A stretch of DNA of 63,147 nt, counting the filler, from Parasitella parasitica NRRL 2501 (lineage: Eukaryota; Fungi; Mucoromycota), in NCBI GenBank assembly GCA_025201805.1. It is 5 parts of 5 records of this genome, joined end to end, with 100 filler letters (N's around TTAATTAATTAA, not from the genome) between each part and the next. Parts side by side here need not be neighbours in the genome. Positions count along the whole stretch, not along the records: positions 25,258 to 53,588 come from MU619388.1; 4 more parts are not named here. The stretch is one strand, 5' to 3'. Shown in pieces: positions 37,054 through 51,266 of the stretch (position 1 is its first letter; each line of letters opens with the position of its first letter). The notes beneath the pieces were generated by a model, which saw nothing but the letters and a program-made list of their open reading frames with translations, was not told where the DNA came from and ran no database searches. Position numbers and translations under genes: made by a program.

Positions 37054-39140
37054 ATGTGTGGATTTTCTTGCTATTTTCAATTTGATACAAGCCAAAAAAG
37101 CTGCTATCTCACCAATGACAACTTGAAAAAATCCCTTGAAATCATCAAACATCGTGGCCCTGACGAAACTGGCACTTTTCTCTCGCCTTGTGGTCGTTGT
37201 GGTAAGTAAGACTTGTTAGTGTAAATATGTCAGATAGCTGACTGTAGTGTGTACACATGTGTCTAGCACTTGGCCATGTTCGGTTATCCGTTATTGGTTT
37301 GGCCGATGGCCAGCAACCTTTGTCTAGCCAAGATGGACACATTCATGCCGTGGTCAATGGAGAATTGTACGGATACAAGCAAATCAGATCTGAACTTGAA
37401 GCAAAGGGTTATCGTTTCAAGACTCACAGCGATAGTGAGGTTGCTCTATGCCTATATGAAGAATATGGCATTTCCTTTGTCGATCATCTGCGAGGTGAAT
37501 TTGCTATTTCGATTTGGGACTCTAGAAGAAAGCGGTTTTTTCTTGTGAGAGACCGATTTGGCATCAAGCCTTTGTACTATACTCGGACCAAAGACGACGC
37601 TCTACTAGCAGCAAGCGAGATCAAGGCGTTTCTTCCGTTGGGTTGGAAACCAGAATGGGACATTGACTCGTTACTGGGCAACGGGGTCTTGCTGGATAAT
37701 AGAACGGCTTTCAAAGAAGTGTACCATCTAAAGCCTGGCCATTATTTAACGGCTACAGTAAGTGGCAGTGTGCAGACTCACCAATATTGGAGTCCTTCGT
37801 ATCCTGACAAAACAATCAGAGAGACTCGTAACGTGGATGAGATGATCCGAGGAGTCCGGCAGCGCTTGGTTGATGCCGTCAAGGACAGATTAATAGCCGA
37901 TGTGCCAGTAGGTGTTTATCTAAGCGGTGGCATAGACAGCTCTTGCATTGCGGGCATAATGAGCGATCTAAAGAAAAACGACAGCACTACACAGAGCCGA
38001 ATAAAAGCATTTTCGATTGCGTTTGTTGATGATGACAACTTTAACGAGGGCTCCATCGCAAAAAGAACAGCAGAGTTTTGTAACACTGATTTCCAGGTGC
38101 TCGAACTGACGGAAAACGATCTTTTGGAGCACTTTGAAGATTCAGTCTGGCATGTAGAGCAACATCACTTCAACTTGAACAGTGTTGGTAAATATTTGCT
38201 CTCAAAAATGGTGCGCGATCAAGGCTACAAGGTGGTGTTGACAGGCGAAGGGTCGGACGAGCACTTTGCTGGATATGTCCACTTTCAAGCTGATTACCTT
38301 TCTGAGCCAGATCTGTCCTCGCCTCATGGCCTAGGCTCGCTTTCCAAAAATGAGTGTGAGGAAAGGCTCAAAATGTTTAGCAGCCGCAAAGAGTTTGCAA
38401 AGTACACCAAAACCGATTTTTCATATGATGATAACGCAAAGCACTGTAAATTGGTAAACAATATACACCTGCCTTCTTTGTTGGCATCAAGCTTCAGCCT
38501 ATCGTCGGATTTCTTTAGCAGTGCAACCGTGCAACAGAATGGCGTCTCAGATCCAGCAATGACGGTTGCAGAATCTCTGAATGGCATCAATCGTGAATGT
38601 GCAGCTACTAAATGGCATCCACTACACACTTCCTTGAATGCTAATTTGAATTCTTTGTTTGCGAGCTACATGCTGGGCTCTCTGGGTGATCGCATAGAAA
38701 TGGCTCACTCAGTTGAGACGCGCACTCCCTTTTTGGACCACAAGCTTTGCGAGTATGTCAATGGCCTGCCCCCGTCTGCCAAGGTCAAGCCCAACAGCGA
38801 TGGCACACTCACTGAAAAGTGGATTCTCAAAGAGGCTGTCAAGCCGTATGTCACGCAAGAAGTCTACGAGCGCACAAAAGCACCATTCATTGCGCCACCC
38901 GCAAAGGCAGCAAATCCCAAATTTATCGACTTGATGAACAAGTATATTACAGAGGAACATATAAGCAGACTCGGCTGGATCAGCTATGAAAAAGCAGCTG
39001 CGGCAAAAACACGATACATTGAGACGAATGATTTGAGGACCTACCAGGACATGTTGATTATAATATCGTACGTGGTTATTTCAACGCGATTCAATGTCGC
39101 CACCTACGTGCCTGCAGACCATCAAGGGCTCTTTGCATGA
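37054..39140 (+). CDS. asnB: Asparagine synthase (glutamine-hydrolysing)-like amidotransferase of bacterial AsnB type
   Basis: N-terminal nucleophile MCG, HRGPD, LGHVRLS, QP, VNGELY, HSDSEV, RDRFGIKPLYY, LSGGIDSS, LTGEGSDE, DRIEMAHSVETRTPFLDH, EKWILKEA. Single intron 37202-37266; TATATAAA at 36992. Confidence 0.9.
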
Positions 39141-39373
39141 ATAAAAAGAGACTTTGGCAGGACAAAGGATTTTCCTTGTGGATGATACAGTATTACTATT
39201 TGCAATAAACAACTGTGTGCACACCCATTTCCCATGCAACCAACTATAGTGCTTCTTAATTTAGTGGCGCCTCATCCGCGGAAGTCGATCGTTATAATAA
39301 AATCATCCATCCGGTTTATAATGGACAATTCCTTTTCTCTCTCTTTTTTTTTTTCGTCGCCAATTTATGCCGA

Positions 39374-40656
39374 ATGAGACTAGTCATTAGAAACGATTAC
39401 GACGAAGTGTCCGAGTGGGCTGGTAGGTAGCATACGAATGGCGCAGGATAGCAGGGTTGGCTCACACTGAAGCGAAAAAAAAGCTCACTACATCAAGGAA
39501 CGTATCAATCAATTCGAGCCAACGGAGGAACGGCCGTTTGTGCTTGGCCTCCCCACTGGATCATCGCCTATGAACGCATACAGACGTCTAGCAGAGTTTG
39601 TCAAAGACGGCAAATTATCGTTCAAGCATGTAGTCACCTTCAACATGGATGAATATGTTGGTATTCCTCGGTAAGTGCGAATTCTCTCGAGAGTCGATAT
39701 TTTCCGTCAAGCTCTGTATTTTTTTTCTCACACACACAAACACACTCACACACACACACACTCACACACACACACACAAACACTCACTCACTCACTCACT
39801 CTCTCACAAAAGCTCCCATAAACAATCGTACTATTCATTTATGCGGACCAACCTCTTTCAGCACATAGACATTCCGCCAGAGAACATCAACTTTTTAGAC
39901 GGAAACGCACCTGATTTGGAAGCGGAATGCAGACGTTACGAGGCGGAAATCATCAAGCGTGGTGGCATAGAGCTGTTCATGTGCGGCATTGGGCCAGACG
40001 GTCATATTGCATTCAACGAACCCGGCTCATCACTCACTTCTCGCTCAAGAGTAAAGACATTGGCCTACGAAACAATCATTGCCAATGCAAGGTTTTTTGA
40101 AGGGGACATAACAAAGGTGCCGAAATTGGCCTTAACAGTCGGTGTAGCGTAAGTTGTCATTTGTCATTTGTCCTTTGTCTGGGTGTCGTATTGACCATCG
40201 AGTTTTTGCGTCAGAACGGTGATGGATGCAAGAGAAGTGTGTATCATTATCACGGGGGCACATCGAAGTATTGCTCTAGCAAAGTGCGTCGAAGAAGGCG
40301 TCAATCACATGTGGACAGTGTCTGCCATTCAAATGCACCCAAAAGGGCTGATTGTATGTGACGAAGACGCGACGCTGGAACTCCATGTCAAAACTGTTAA
40401 ATACTTTAAATCGATCGAGCATGTCCATCAGTCGCTAATTGGACAGGAGAACCTGGGATTGCAAGGCGAACTGCTATCTACAAAAACAGTGCAAAGATCA
40501 GATACGCTGCATAAAGAAATGATGGTCAGGAAACTGATGAACGACGAGTTGAACAGCAACCAATTTGACGACGACTCTGAATACGAAAGTCTCAATGGCT
40601 CTTCTGTCCACAGCCAGAAAAAGAGACGACTAGCAATGACTGATTCACCCTCTCCC

Positions 40657-40659
<3 letters not shown>
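39374..40659 (+). CDS. NAG1: Glucosamine-6-phosphate deaminase (NagB/GNPDA)
   Basis: [57 protein letters not shown]; 3 introns. Confidence 0.95.
39729..39808. repeat. (CA)n/(CACT)n microsatellite in GNPDA intron
   Basis: Directly visible tandem CA and CACT units. Confidence 0.9.
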
Positions 40660-40694
<35 letters not shown>

Positions 40695-40696
40695 CA

Positions 40697-41722
40697 CTAC
40701 CAGTGTTGTATTTTATCCCAAAACACATCGTCTAATATATGTTCATGTTTTTCAACAGTAATCTTTCCACTTTCGTCATGTGCCAAATAGTATAGTGTGG
40801 TAATCTGGTTTTCCTTCATATACGCGGGCAATTTCTCGTAGAACAGTCCAACGTCATTTGGGCCATGGCAATCATCCGAGAGAGTGAATTTGCCATTCTT
40901 CTCCAAGACAGCCTACAAAAGCGTTGATGCAAATGCTAGGCGTACGTTTCCTGGGCCTACCTTGATAATATCTCTTTGAGGATATGCATCTACAAGCCCC
41001 TTTTTCCATGATCTCGAGTTGATTTCGAATACACCGCCATATCCGACCACCAGGTCAATGTTGCGAACAACACGTTTCCACACCTCAGGCTGTAACAGGG
41101 TCGAATCCGCTATTTGCTGGTCTGCAAAGATGCGAATCAAATCAAAATGCCCCACAACTTCAGGCTGCACGGATTGCAACATGACATACTGTTCATCAAA
41201 ATACTGAACATAGAGATCCTCCAATGAGTTTACTTGGCCCAACGCCTCTGCGTACAGTTCAGGGGAGAAATCAATGGGAACTGAATTCACATGGTGAAGA
41301 GACCCTACGACATAATCTGCCTTATAGACGTTTCTCAGGTTGCGCACATGCTGGGCGTAGTCCTTGTTGATGAACTCAATCTCGGCACCAATCAGTATGT
41401 TGATTTGGTCCTTGTACTTTTGCTGGACGCGCTTAGCTTCCACCTGAAAATCGGCATAGGTCGCTTCCAAGGTTGTTGGGGAGCAACTGGCCTGTCCAAC
41501 ATGCAAGCTATTCAATTATCTCTCTCAAAAAAGTAAAGACTTGTTTTTTTTCGTTACCTCTAATTCTTCCGGATACAACTCGGATTCTGCATAGCGAGGC
41601 ATATGTTCACTCAATCCGTAAGCATAGAACCCCTTTCGAATAGCTTCCTTGACAACGTCCTCCAAAAGACCGTATCCATGCTTACAAAACTGGCCAGAGT
41701 GGCTATGAAAGGAGTACGGCAT
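40697..41722 (-). CDS. HIS2: Histidinol-phosphatase, PHP family
   Basis: MPYSFHSHSGQFCKHG, GLSEHMPR, GAEIE, VGSLHHV, VGHFDLIR, FEINS, SDDCHG; 2 introns. Confidence 0.93.
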
Positions 41723-42040
41723 ATTTAAGAGAAAGAAAATGCGGGCGTGATAATGGGTCGCCCATTTAATCATTTTTAGATTGCTAGCATGGTTGATGTA
41801 CGCATTATTAGTCATTGATGACTTTTATGCGTGGAAGACTTGCTGCCATTATAGAAGCTGATATATGTTCCTGGATCACACAAATTATAACCCTCTTTCC
41901 CCTCCCTTTTTTGTCTTGTTTTCTTTTTTTGCATTTCTATCATTTGCCTTGACACATCTGGATGTACTTTATCATCATGTAGCCTTGGTGTCACATCCTT
42001 TGCCATTGGACGAGAGCTAATAAGCAGATATAATAAATTG

Positions 42041-42047
42041 TGAGTCA
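42041..42047. promoter_or_regulatory. Gcn4/CpcA-type site TGAGTCA in the HIS2-DAHP synthase divergent promoter
   Basis: Exact TGASTCA 53 bp upstream of the DAHP synthase ATG. Variant TTAGTCA (TGACTAA) at 41808-41814 near HIS2. Confidence 0.6.
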
Positions 42048-42099
42048 GTTAATTTGGCAAGCTTTCTTTTCTTTTCTCGATCAAACACTTTCTGTCAAG

Positions 42100-43853
<1,754 letters not shown>

Positions 43854-44492
43854 AGCAAAACGAGAAAAATGGCCTTGTGCTATGTATATTGATTTTAAAT
43901 AAAGAGCTTCAACAAGCTAGATGCTAGTGTCAAGGCTACATCAAAGTAACATTGCATTGAGCAGGAAAAGAGAAAATTGAGCTTCGTATTATGTTTTATT
44001 CAACCTTGATGAGCAAATATTAGGATACCAATGCAAATTCAGCATCAAAAATAGAAACGTAATACAGCAAATGCTTCTATTAAGATTCATATAGCGTATC
44101 TCACAAATTGTATAATACACAAACTATCTATACATTTGCGCAAAGCATAATCACAACATTAAAGCAAGCCTATGACGAAATGTATCTTCCGCCAGCAGGC
44201 ATTTACGTAATTTGATTTCAAGCTATGATAGCGCATTAACCAGACTGGAAGATTAAACATTGGAAAGCTTCAAAAAGGTAACAAATTCTGTTAATTTTTG
44301 TGGCATCACTAATGCCTTTTGGATCAAGTCAAGCTTTCTGGATCCAGTAAAAGACCAAAAGATTGTAAAAACTTACTATAATTGAAAAAAAGAAAAAAAA
44401 AAAAAAACGTGCAAATTTGCTTTTATTTGTGCATTTGCGCTTTAGGGGACTCCGTAATCTTCTTTCTGTTTTTCTTTTAAAATAAATTCGTT

Positions 44493-47226
44493 ATGGCAGA
44501 CGGTGAGTTGTGTAGCGTTTAAATGGCTGAATGGAACTAACCTCAAACGTATACGTACAACAGAGTGGCAATCGCAACTAAGTGCTGTGGAAAAGAAAAC
44601 TTATTTGGACCTTTTCCAAAAGGTCGATGCAGACGACAAAGGTATCGTTCTACAAGACGAAGCTATGGAGTTTTTGAAAAGGTCAAATATACCTCAAAAC
44701 ATACTGAAGCAGGTAAATCCTTATTTCATTGGAATGCCTTTCTCGATTCACTAAAAATTAGCCATGAAGTTTTGGGACGCTACGGATAGTGATAAAAAAG
44801 ACTTTTTAACAAAGCAAGAATTCTGCACAATATTGAAATTAATAGCCTGTGCTCAAAATGGTGTCATGACGACTGAGCCCATCTTGGCAACTAAAGGTAA
44901 ACATTACTAATCAGCCGAGAAAGGACGATCGAGCTAACATTTTGGTGAACAATAGCACCATTACCAGAATTCAATGGTACTGGCTCAGCAAACAACGCCA
45001 GTTCTGTCCAAGCCCAGACTCCTCAGCAATTCCAGATGCCACTGCCTCAACGACAGCCATCTGCTTCAAGCATAGATATTGTCAATCCGAAAGACAGAGA
45101 AAAATACATTCGTTTATTTCAATCATTTGGACCTGTGAATAATATTTTAAGTGGTAAGAAGCTAGTGTGCATATGTATTTGCGTTGTAACGGTAAAGCTC
45201 ATCTACTACCCTTGCATGCTGCAGGCGATAGAGCAAAAGACGCTTTTATAAAATCGAATCTTCCTCCTCTTGTCTTGCAGAATATTTGGAGTTTAGCCGA
45301 CACTCGCAACTCAGGAACACTGAATCAGACAGAATTCATCATTGCTATGCACTATATTGAAACCGCCATGAGGGGTATGACCAACCTGCCCGCTGTCTTA
45401 CCTGCCAGTGTGTACGCCTCAGCAACTGGGAAATCAGTCCCTGCTTCGCCTCTCATACGCAGCAATACTCTTCAAGTCAATAGCCCTCCTCCTGTCCCGA
45501 TGAGATCCCCAGTATTCAAGGGTGCTACTACTACAGCAGTAGACATTGCCCCCGAAGAATACAACAAATACAGCACATTCTTCCATCAATTAGCTACAGA
45601 TAATTCGGGATACGTTTCAGGTGCAGATGCGGTTGTCTTTTTCAAACACTCAAAGTTACCAGAATCTGACTTGGCTCATATTTGGGATTTGGCCGATACT
45701 GATTCGACGGGTCGTTTGTCAGAGCAAGAGTTTGCTTTTGCTATGCACATGATCAATCGAAGACTGGCAGGTGATTCTTTGCCTGCATTTAATTCAAGTA
45801 AGTGTTTGAGAGTTATGCATTGGATTCATCTGACTGGATCGATACAACAGTGCCAGACTATAATTCATCTTTACGGCAGCAGCAGCAGCAGCAGCAACAG
45901 CAGCAACAGCAGCAGCAAAATGTCGATTTACTAGGCTTATCGTCTGATTTTACTGGCACTCCTGCTCCGCCCACTGCTCAGCAGCCTCAACAAACGCAGC
46001 AATACCAATATACTAACGCTGATTTGGCTAGAACACAATCTACCCTTCAATCTGACGTGTCAACTGAAAGATTACGATCTCAAACTGCGCAAAGCCAATT
46101 GCATGTCGAATCGCAAGCTGTGCAAGGGCTTTTGAAGCAACTTGAGCAACAAAAAGACGAGTTAGCCAAACTGAAAAAACAAGCAGACGATGCAGAGAAG
46201 CAGTTGGAAGCGGAGCAGAAGCGCAAAGAGGAATTAATCAAGGAATTACAAACGTATCAGCAAGAAGCTAAACATTTTAATGCTCGCATCAAAGCCGCCA
46301 ATGAAGAAGCTGCCAAACTGCAGAAAGAAAATAAAGAACTAGAAGCAAACAACGTAGTACAATCTCCCTCCCAGTCTGCTCCACAGAAAACAATAGCTCT
46401 ACCAGCGCCAGCGCCAGCGCCAGCACCAGCGCCAGCACCAGCACCAGCACCAGCACCAGCAGCGCATGATTTCTTTTCATTGACGTCTGCCCCGCCAGCA
46501 AATAGTCCCGGTGGATTATTTGCCAAAGTACAGGAGCATGTGGTATCTAATCACACTGGATCCACTGTCAATTCGCAGCAGCAACCACAATTCGATCCAT
46601 TTGCAGGATTCAAAGCTTCCCAGCAAAAGCACTCTACACCAGCATCGCCGACTGTTTCATTAAACAAGCTCAAGCAGGAAACCGAACAAAAAATATCCTT
46701 TACACCCATATCTAATGTGGAAATTAGTGATATTGAATCAAAGTTTCCCGACTTGACTACGATGGAACAGAATTTCGCCACACCCTCCTCTCCTGCTGCT
46801 GCTGCTGCTGCCGCTGCTGCTTCTACTACTTCGGCTACTAGCAGCCCTTTATTGTCAACAACAGCAACCAGTCCTAAGGCTGACAATAGTCAATTATATA
46901 GCAACTTGTTCTCAAAGCCTGCTACAAGTCCATCCTTATCAAAATCACCACCTCCAGCAAAGAAAGATCCCAACTCCAAATATGGCTTTGATTTATCTGC
47001 CTTTGAATCTGCTAGCTTGTCACCAGAATCTCCTTTTGAGCCCAAATCATCCATGAAGGATGAACTTAGTTCGCTATTTAGTAGCCCATCAACAAATAAT
47101 GCTCCATTACCTACAGCAGCAGGAACAACTAGTCAAAGTACAGGATTCGATGATATATTTGGCGCAAAAAATTATAACACTACAACTAACGAAAACTCAT
47201 TTGAAAATGCCTTTTTTCAGAAATAA
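44493..47226 (+). CDS. Eps15/Ede1-like EH-domain endocytic adaptor (3 EH domains, coiled coil, DPF/FxDxF-type tail, no UBA seen)
   Basis: EH motifs SNIPQNILKQ-FWDATD, SNLPPLVLQNIWSLADTRNSGTL, SKLPESDLAHIWDLADTDSTGRL. Poly-Q and (PA)n tracts. Tail motifs FDPFAGF, FDDIF, FENAFF. Confidence 0.88.
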
Positions 47227-47256
47227 AATCGATACATGTGTAAAAAGTACACAGAC

Positions 47257-48007
47257 TTAGTTTTCTATAAACTGAAAGAATTTGCCCCATCTTGATCGAC
47301 GCACACGGAAATCGACGCTGATCAGCAAGCAAGCCAAAGGCTCTTCGTCGACCGTGTCTGCATGAACTGAAACTAGGAATTTGCCCTATTTTATGGTTAG
47401 TTCGTCATAAAAGTTCCTGAAACACTTTACTAGCAACTTACTTTTGGTATTTCCTTGGGCAACGTGATCTTTTGTGTTACCTAGATCATTCGAACATTAG
47501 CGACTGGATTCCTTATCTTGTTGGCAAAGGGTATACTTACAGTCAAATCGCCCTTTTCTATTGGGCATTGCAATGCAACATCGTCTTCATGCTTATGAAG
47601 TTCATCGCAAATGTCAAATGTTTTGCGCAGAAGCTGGACAACGCCGATTTTGACTATCACTTTTGCGCTTGCACCAGAGACAACGGTTTCTTTCACAGTG
47701 CCAGAAGCTGAAATTGTGAGCTCAGAGCCAGCTGTAACGATATCGGGAGTAATCTTGATATCTTTGATATCTAGTACAAAAGATTCATCGCCTACACACG
47801 CTGTGTGAGATTCCTTTCTGTGTCTGTGTTCTTATTTTGAGACTTACTACAATCAACGATCTGGACGTTGCTTACAGCCTGATGAGAATATAGAGATGAG
47901 GACGTTTGAAATGTGTAATCAGGCCAGTAAGAATATCTGCTTGCAGCTACGATAGAGATGAAGCTGGCTAATAGGAAAAGGTGCCTGAAGTTTGGTTTAG
48001 AAAACAT
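47257..48007 (-). CDS. NPC2: ML/NPC2-family phosphatidylglycerol/phosphatidylinositol (sterol) transfer protein
   Basis: Signal peptide, IVDC, VKIGVVQLLRKTFDICDEL, QCPIEKG, LPKEIPKGKFLV, LACL; 3 introns; stop 47257-47259. Confidence 0.88.
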
Positions 48008-48649
48008 GGGAATGAAAAAGAAAGATGAAAGATGCAGCCGATTGATCCATGAGAAATCCTGGCTTTTTTATCATGCAATATTCCAGAGGTCACGTTTGTA
48101 ACATAGCAACGGTACGTCAAAAGATGTTTGTTGTTGTTGCTATTACTTGCTATCTTTGGTTTTATTTTTTATTTTATTTTTTTAATGATGATGACCATAA
48201 TAAAGATAAATGCGGGTTTGTTTTTCTGTTTGTGAAAGCATGTACTTGATTCCAACTAGTTGCCCACTAAAAAAGCAACTGCGGTGTACTTGACGGCTGC
48301 GACATTTCCCACCCTAAATCGTACTGTTAACGACATTTGCCTCTCCATAATTGTATTGACCATTTAAAAAAGCTGGATAATACATTGTTTGACTCAAAAT
48401 ATGGAAAGAGGAGATTCCACACTGCCTCAATCGCATTTGTCTTATATGCCATCTGCGCCTTCCCGATACAAATGTTGGACATTTATGTGGTGTAGTAGTT
48501 TCACACTTGGTGACTGGGAAGTGATTTGGGTTGACACGGCATAGCCCAAAAAAATTATTTGTTCTTCTTTAACCTTTTTGCAACCACCTCGGCCCCTTTT
48601 TTTATTGGAAAAAAAAAAATAATAATAATAATAATTCACAACAATATTC

Positions 48650-50391
48650 ATGACTGATAGTGACGAAGAGTACGGGCCCATTGCAGCAACCTGGGGCAAC
48701 CAAGTACCTGTTCAACCAGCTGGCTGGCATTCACTCGTCGATCCTGATGTTAAAATTGGCCCGAATGATGTTGGCAGTGGCAACCTACATCGCCGTGGAA
48801 CCAACTATAAGCCGATCGACGAAGAGCTCATTTTGGCACATCGAAAAAACATCCAAGTTTCCAAAAAGACAATGATGGAGGCTATTCGCACAACTGAATT
48901 AACACTGGGTCTGCCAGAAAGTAAAGAGAAGCCACGTAAAGGGAAGCCCAAGAAGAAAGCAGCAGACAGATTTTTACAACCAAAACCACACCCCCTAGCT
49001 ACAAGCCATATACCTCCACCTCCTCCACCTTCCACAACTAGAATACCGCCATCTGCAGCAAATGGAGTGTCGTCGAGCTGGTTGAACTCAAATTTAGTGG
49101 ATACTCCCTTCTGGGAGAAAAAAAGTGAGGTAATTATTCGATACAATGTATTACAGGAATTGCTATTTTATCAACATTGGGTTCGATTTTTCAGATCACA
49201 TCTCCTATCACTACTACCCACAAATCAAATATGAGAACGGCAAGCCATAATGATCGGGCTTCAGCAGTAAAGGACGTAGCTTTGGATCCACACGACCTAC
49301 CAGATAATAGCCCCAAAGAATCGGTGACATCTGTCAAGTTCGACAAACCCTTTAGTCCTGAAACCAAGAAACCCGCTGTACTAGCAACTTGGGACTCCAA
49401 CAATCAAATACATGATTCAGCAAATACTGGTTGGGGATCGGTCAACCTTGATGATTATTCAGAGAATAAGTGGGGGTTTGTCAGAGCTGGAGAAGAGCCC
49501 AATGAAAAGGAAACGCCGCCTGCGACTAGTTGGGGATCTTCCGCTTCCCAAACTAACGATAATAACCGTGCAAACTCCGAGAGGCAATCTGCAGAAAGGA
49601 AATGGCACATACCAGCTGTCAGAGAAACAACTGCGGCTACATCAAACAACAGCAGAAAATTAATGAGCAAAAGCAGCAATTGGGGAGCAACAAGTACCAG
49701 CGACTGGACAACACCACCTAATACTAATGCCAATACAAACACAACTATTGATTCAAATCAAAATCAGAGACATCAAAGTGAAAACTGGGGAGAGGATAAT
49801 GAGTCTGTGAATTGGAATTCTACAAATACTACTATTACGACCACCGCTACTAATGACCAACATATACCTTCAGACAAACCATCCTGGCTTAACTCTATAC
49901 CCGACAAAGGACCACAGTTACAATCCTCACGATTTTCTAATCCTCACAAACAACGCTATTCCGAGGCGCCGATTGTTATACCCGAACCTGTGAACTATCG
50001 ACGGGATGGAAGGATGGTGCCTCTTCGCACAGCACCGCCGCCTCCGCCTGAGAATAGTTTGGTAGCCTCTATCAATGTCGAATTATCAGACACTGTGAAA
50101 GTGCTGCAAGAAATTCGCGAACTTGACGACCCTCATCAATTAGCGGTTGACTTTGGAACAAAGAATAATGTCAATTCACCAAAGGTGATTGAAGCATTAA
50201 CGCAGCTTTTTACAACGCAGAAGGAATTAGGAATGAAAAAGAAAAATCAAAGATTACAGAGAAGAGTGCAGCCTAAAAATTATGACAATGTATATAACCA
50301 ACCCGCTTCTCCCTCTAAATTTTCCACCTACTCTCGAACATCATCTGGCGTTTCCTCTCCAGCTCCATTTTCACGCAAAGTATATTATTAA
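48650..50391 (+). CDS. Uncharacterised low-complexity protein with dispersed WG/GW motifs and a small C-terminal folded domain
   Basis: Two ORFs are joined in phase by intron 49130-49194 (GTAATT...TCAG). The S/T/N-rich region carries TWG, AGW, GWG, KWG, SWG, NWG, NWG. Confidence 0.8.
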
Positions 50392-50411
50392 TCACTTCAT
50401 GTAAATTGCCC

Positions 50412-50419
50412 TTTTTTTT

Positions 50420-50456
<37 letters not shown>
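50412..50456. repeat. Poly-T tract at the boundary between gene-rich and TE-rich compartments
   Basis: T9-C-T35 immediately after the last gene. Confidence 0.9.
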
Positions 50457-50458
<2 letters not shown>

Positions 50459-51266
50459 AATTGATTCGATAGGTGCAGGCAAATCCGAACTCTAATATGC
50501 ACTGTAGGCCTAAATGAATTTGTATTATTTAACTTGCATCAGCTGGTATATATTGCAAGTAATATATCCAACCAAAAATTCTTCAGAAACTCGCGCTTGT
50601 GAGAGGAATTTGGCCTTGGACTAAAAGTAATAAAATAAGCTTAAAACGGCAGTTGTAGGTCAATTATAAGGTAAAATGGAATCCTTTCGACTAGTACATG
50701 CGAAAGCAAAAATACAGTTCAAATTTGACTAAATACGCTTTTCGTTTATTTTTCCCTATATCAAGTTGCATTATATAGTAGGTACGAGCTCTGGGAAGCT
50801 ATTTTCCTTAATGCTAAATAGATCAGGAAATGATTAAAGCTATTCATTAGAGCGTAACATCATTACTGCCCTCATGCCAATAGTATTTGTTGGGCACTTG
50901 CCACAGTAATTGACTAACATATACACATTTGACTAGCTCAAATTTTTTAATACTATTTATCTTAAATGCTCACATTACATTCCACTGGTCATTTGAGGAC
51001 AGTAGAGAAGGCAAGATAGCAATAATAGGGCTGATGAGCTCGCGAAATAAGTATGTGGACAAGCAACCTTTTGCTAAAAATTCTCTGTGGATGGTAACCA
51101 ACCTCACAGTACTGTAAGCGAAAAGGATCAACATCGTACCCTAACTAAAATTTACACGCCCTCCAAGTTTACATGTTGTGATTTACATGTTGCATACACA
51201 CAAGGGTTTACCTACTTTTAAGCACATAAAAGGGTCATATCAATAGAAATAAATTTTAGTGTGTTA

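Noticed and set aside
37054-39140. Bacterial contamination or endosymbiont contig as the source of asnB
   Set aside because: The gene has a spliceosomal intron and TATA box and is contiguous with intron-rich fungal genes.
45875-46820. CAG, GCACCA and GCT repeats
   Set aside because: Ordinary coding microsatellites (poly-Q, (PA)n, poly-A) in the EH protein's disordered regions.
50468-51260. Possible DNA-transposon end starting TAGGTGCAGGCAAATCCG
   Set aside because: No inverted partner, TSD or coding remnant was found within the window.
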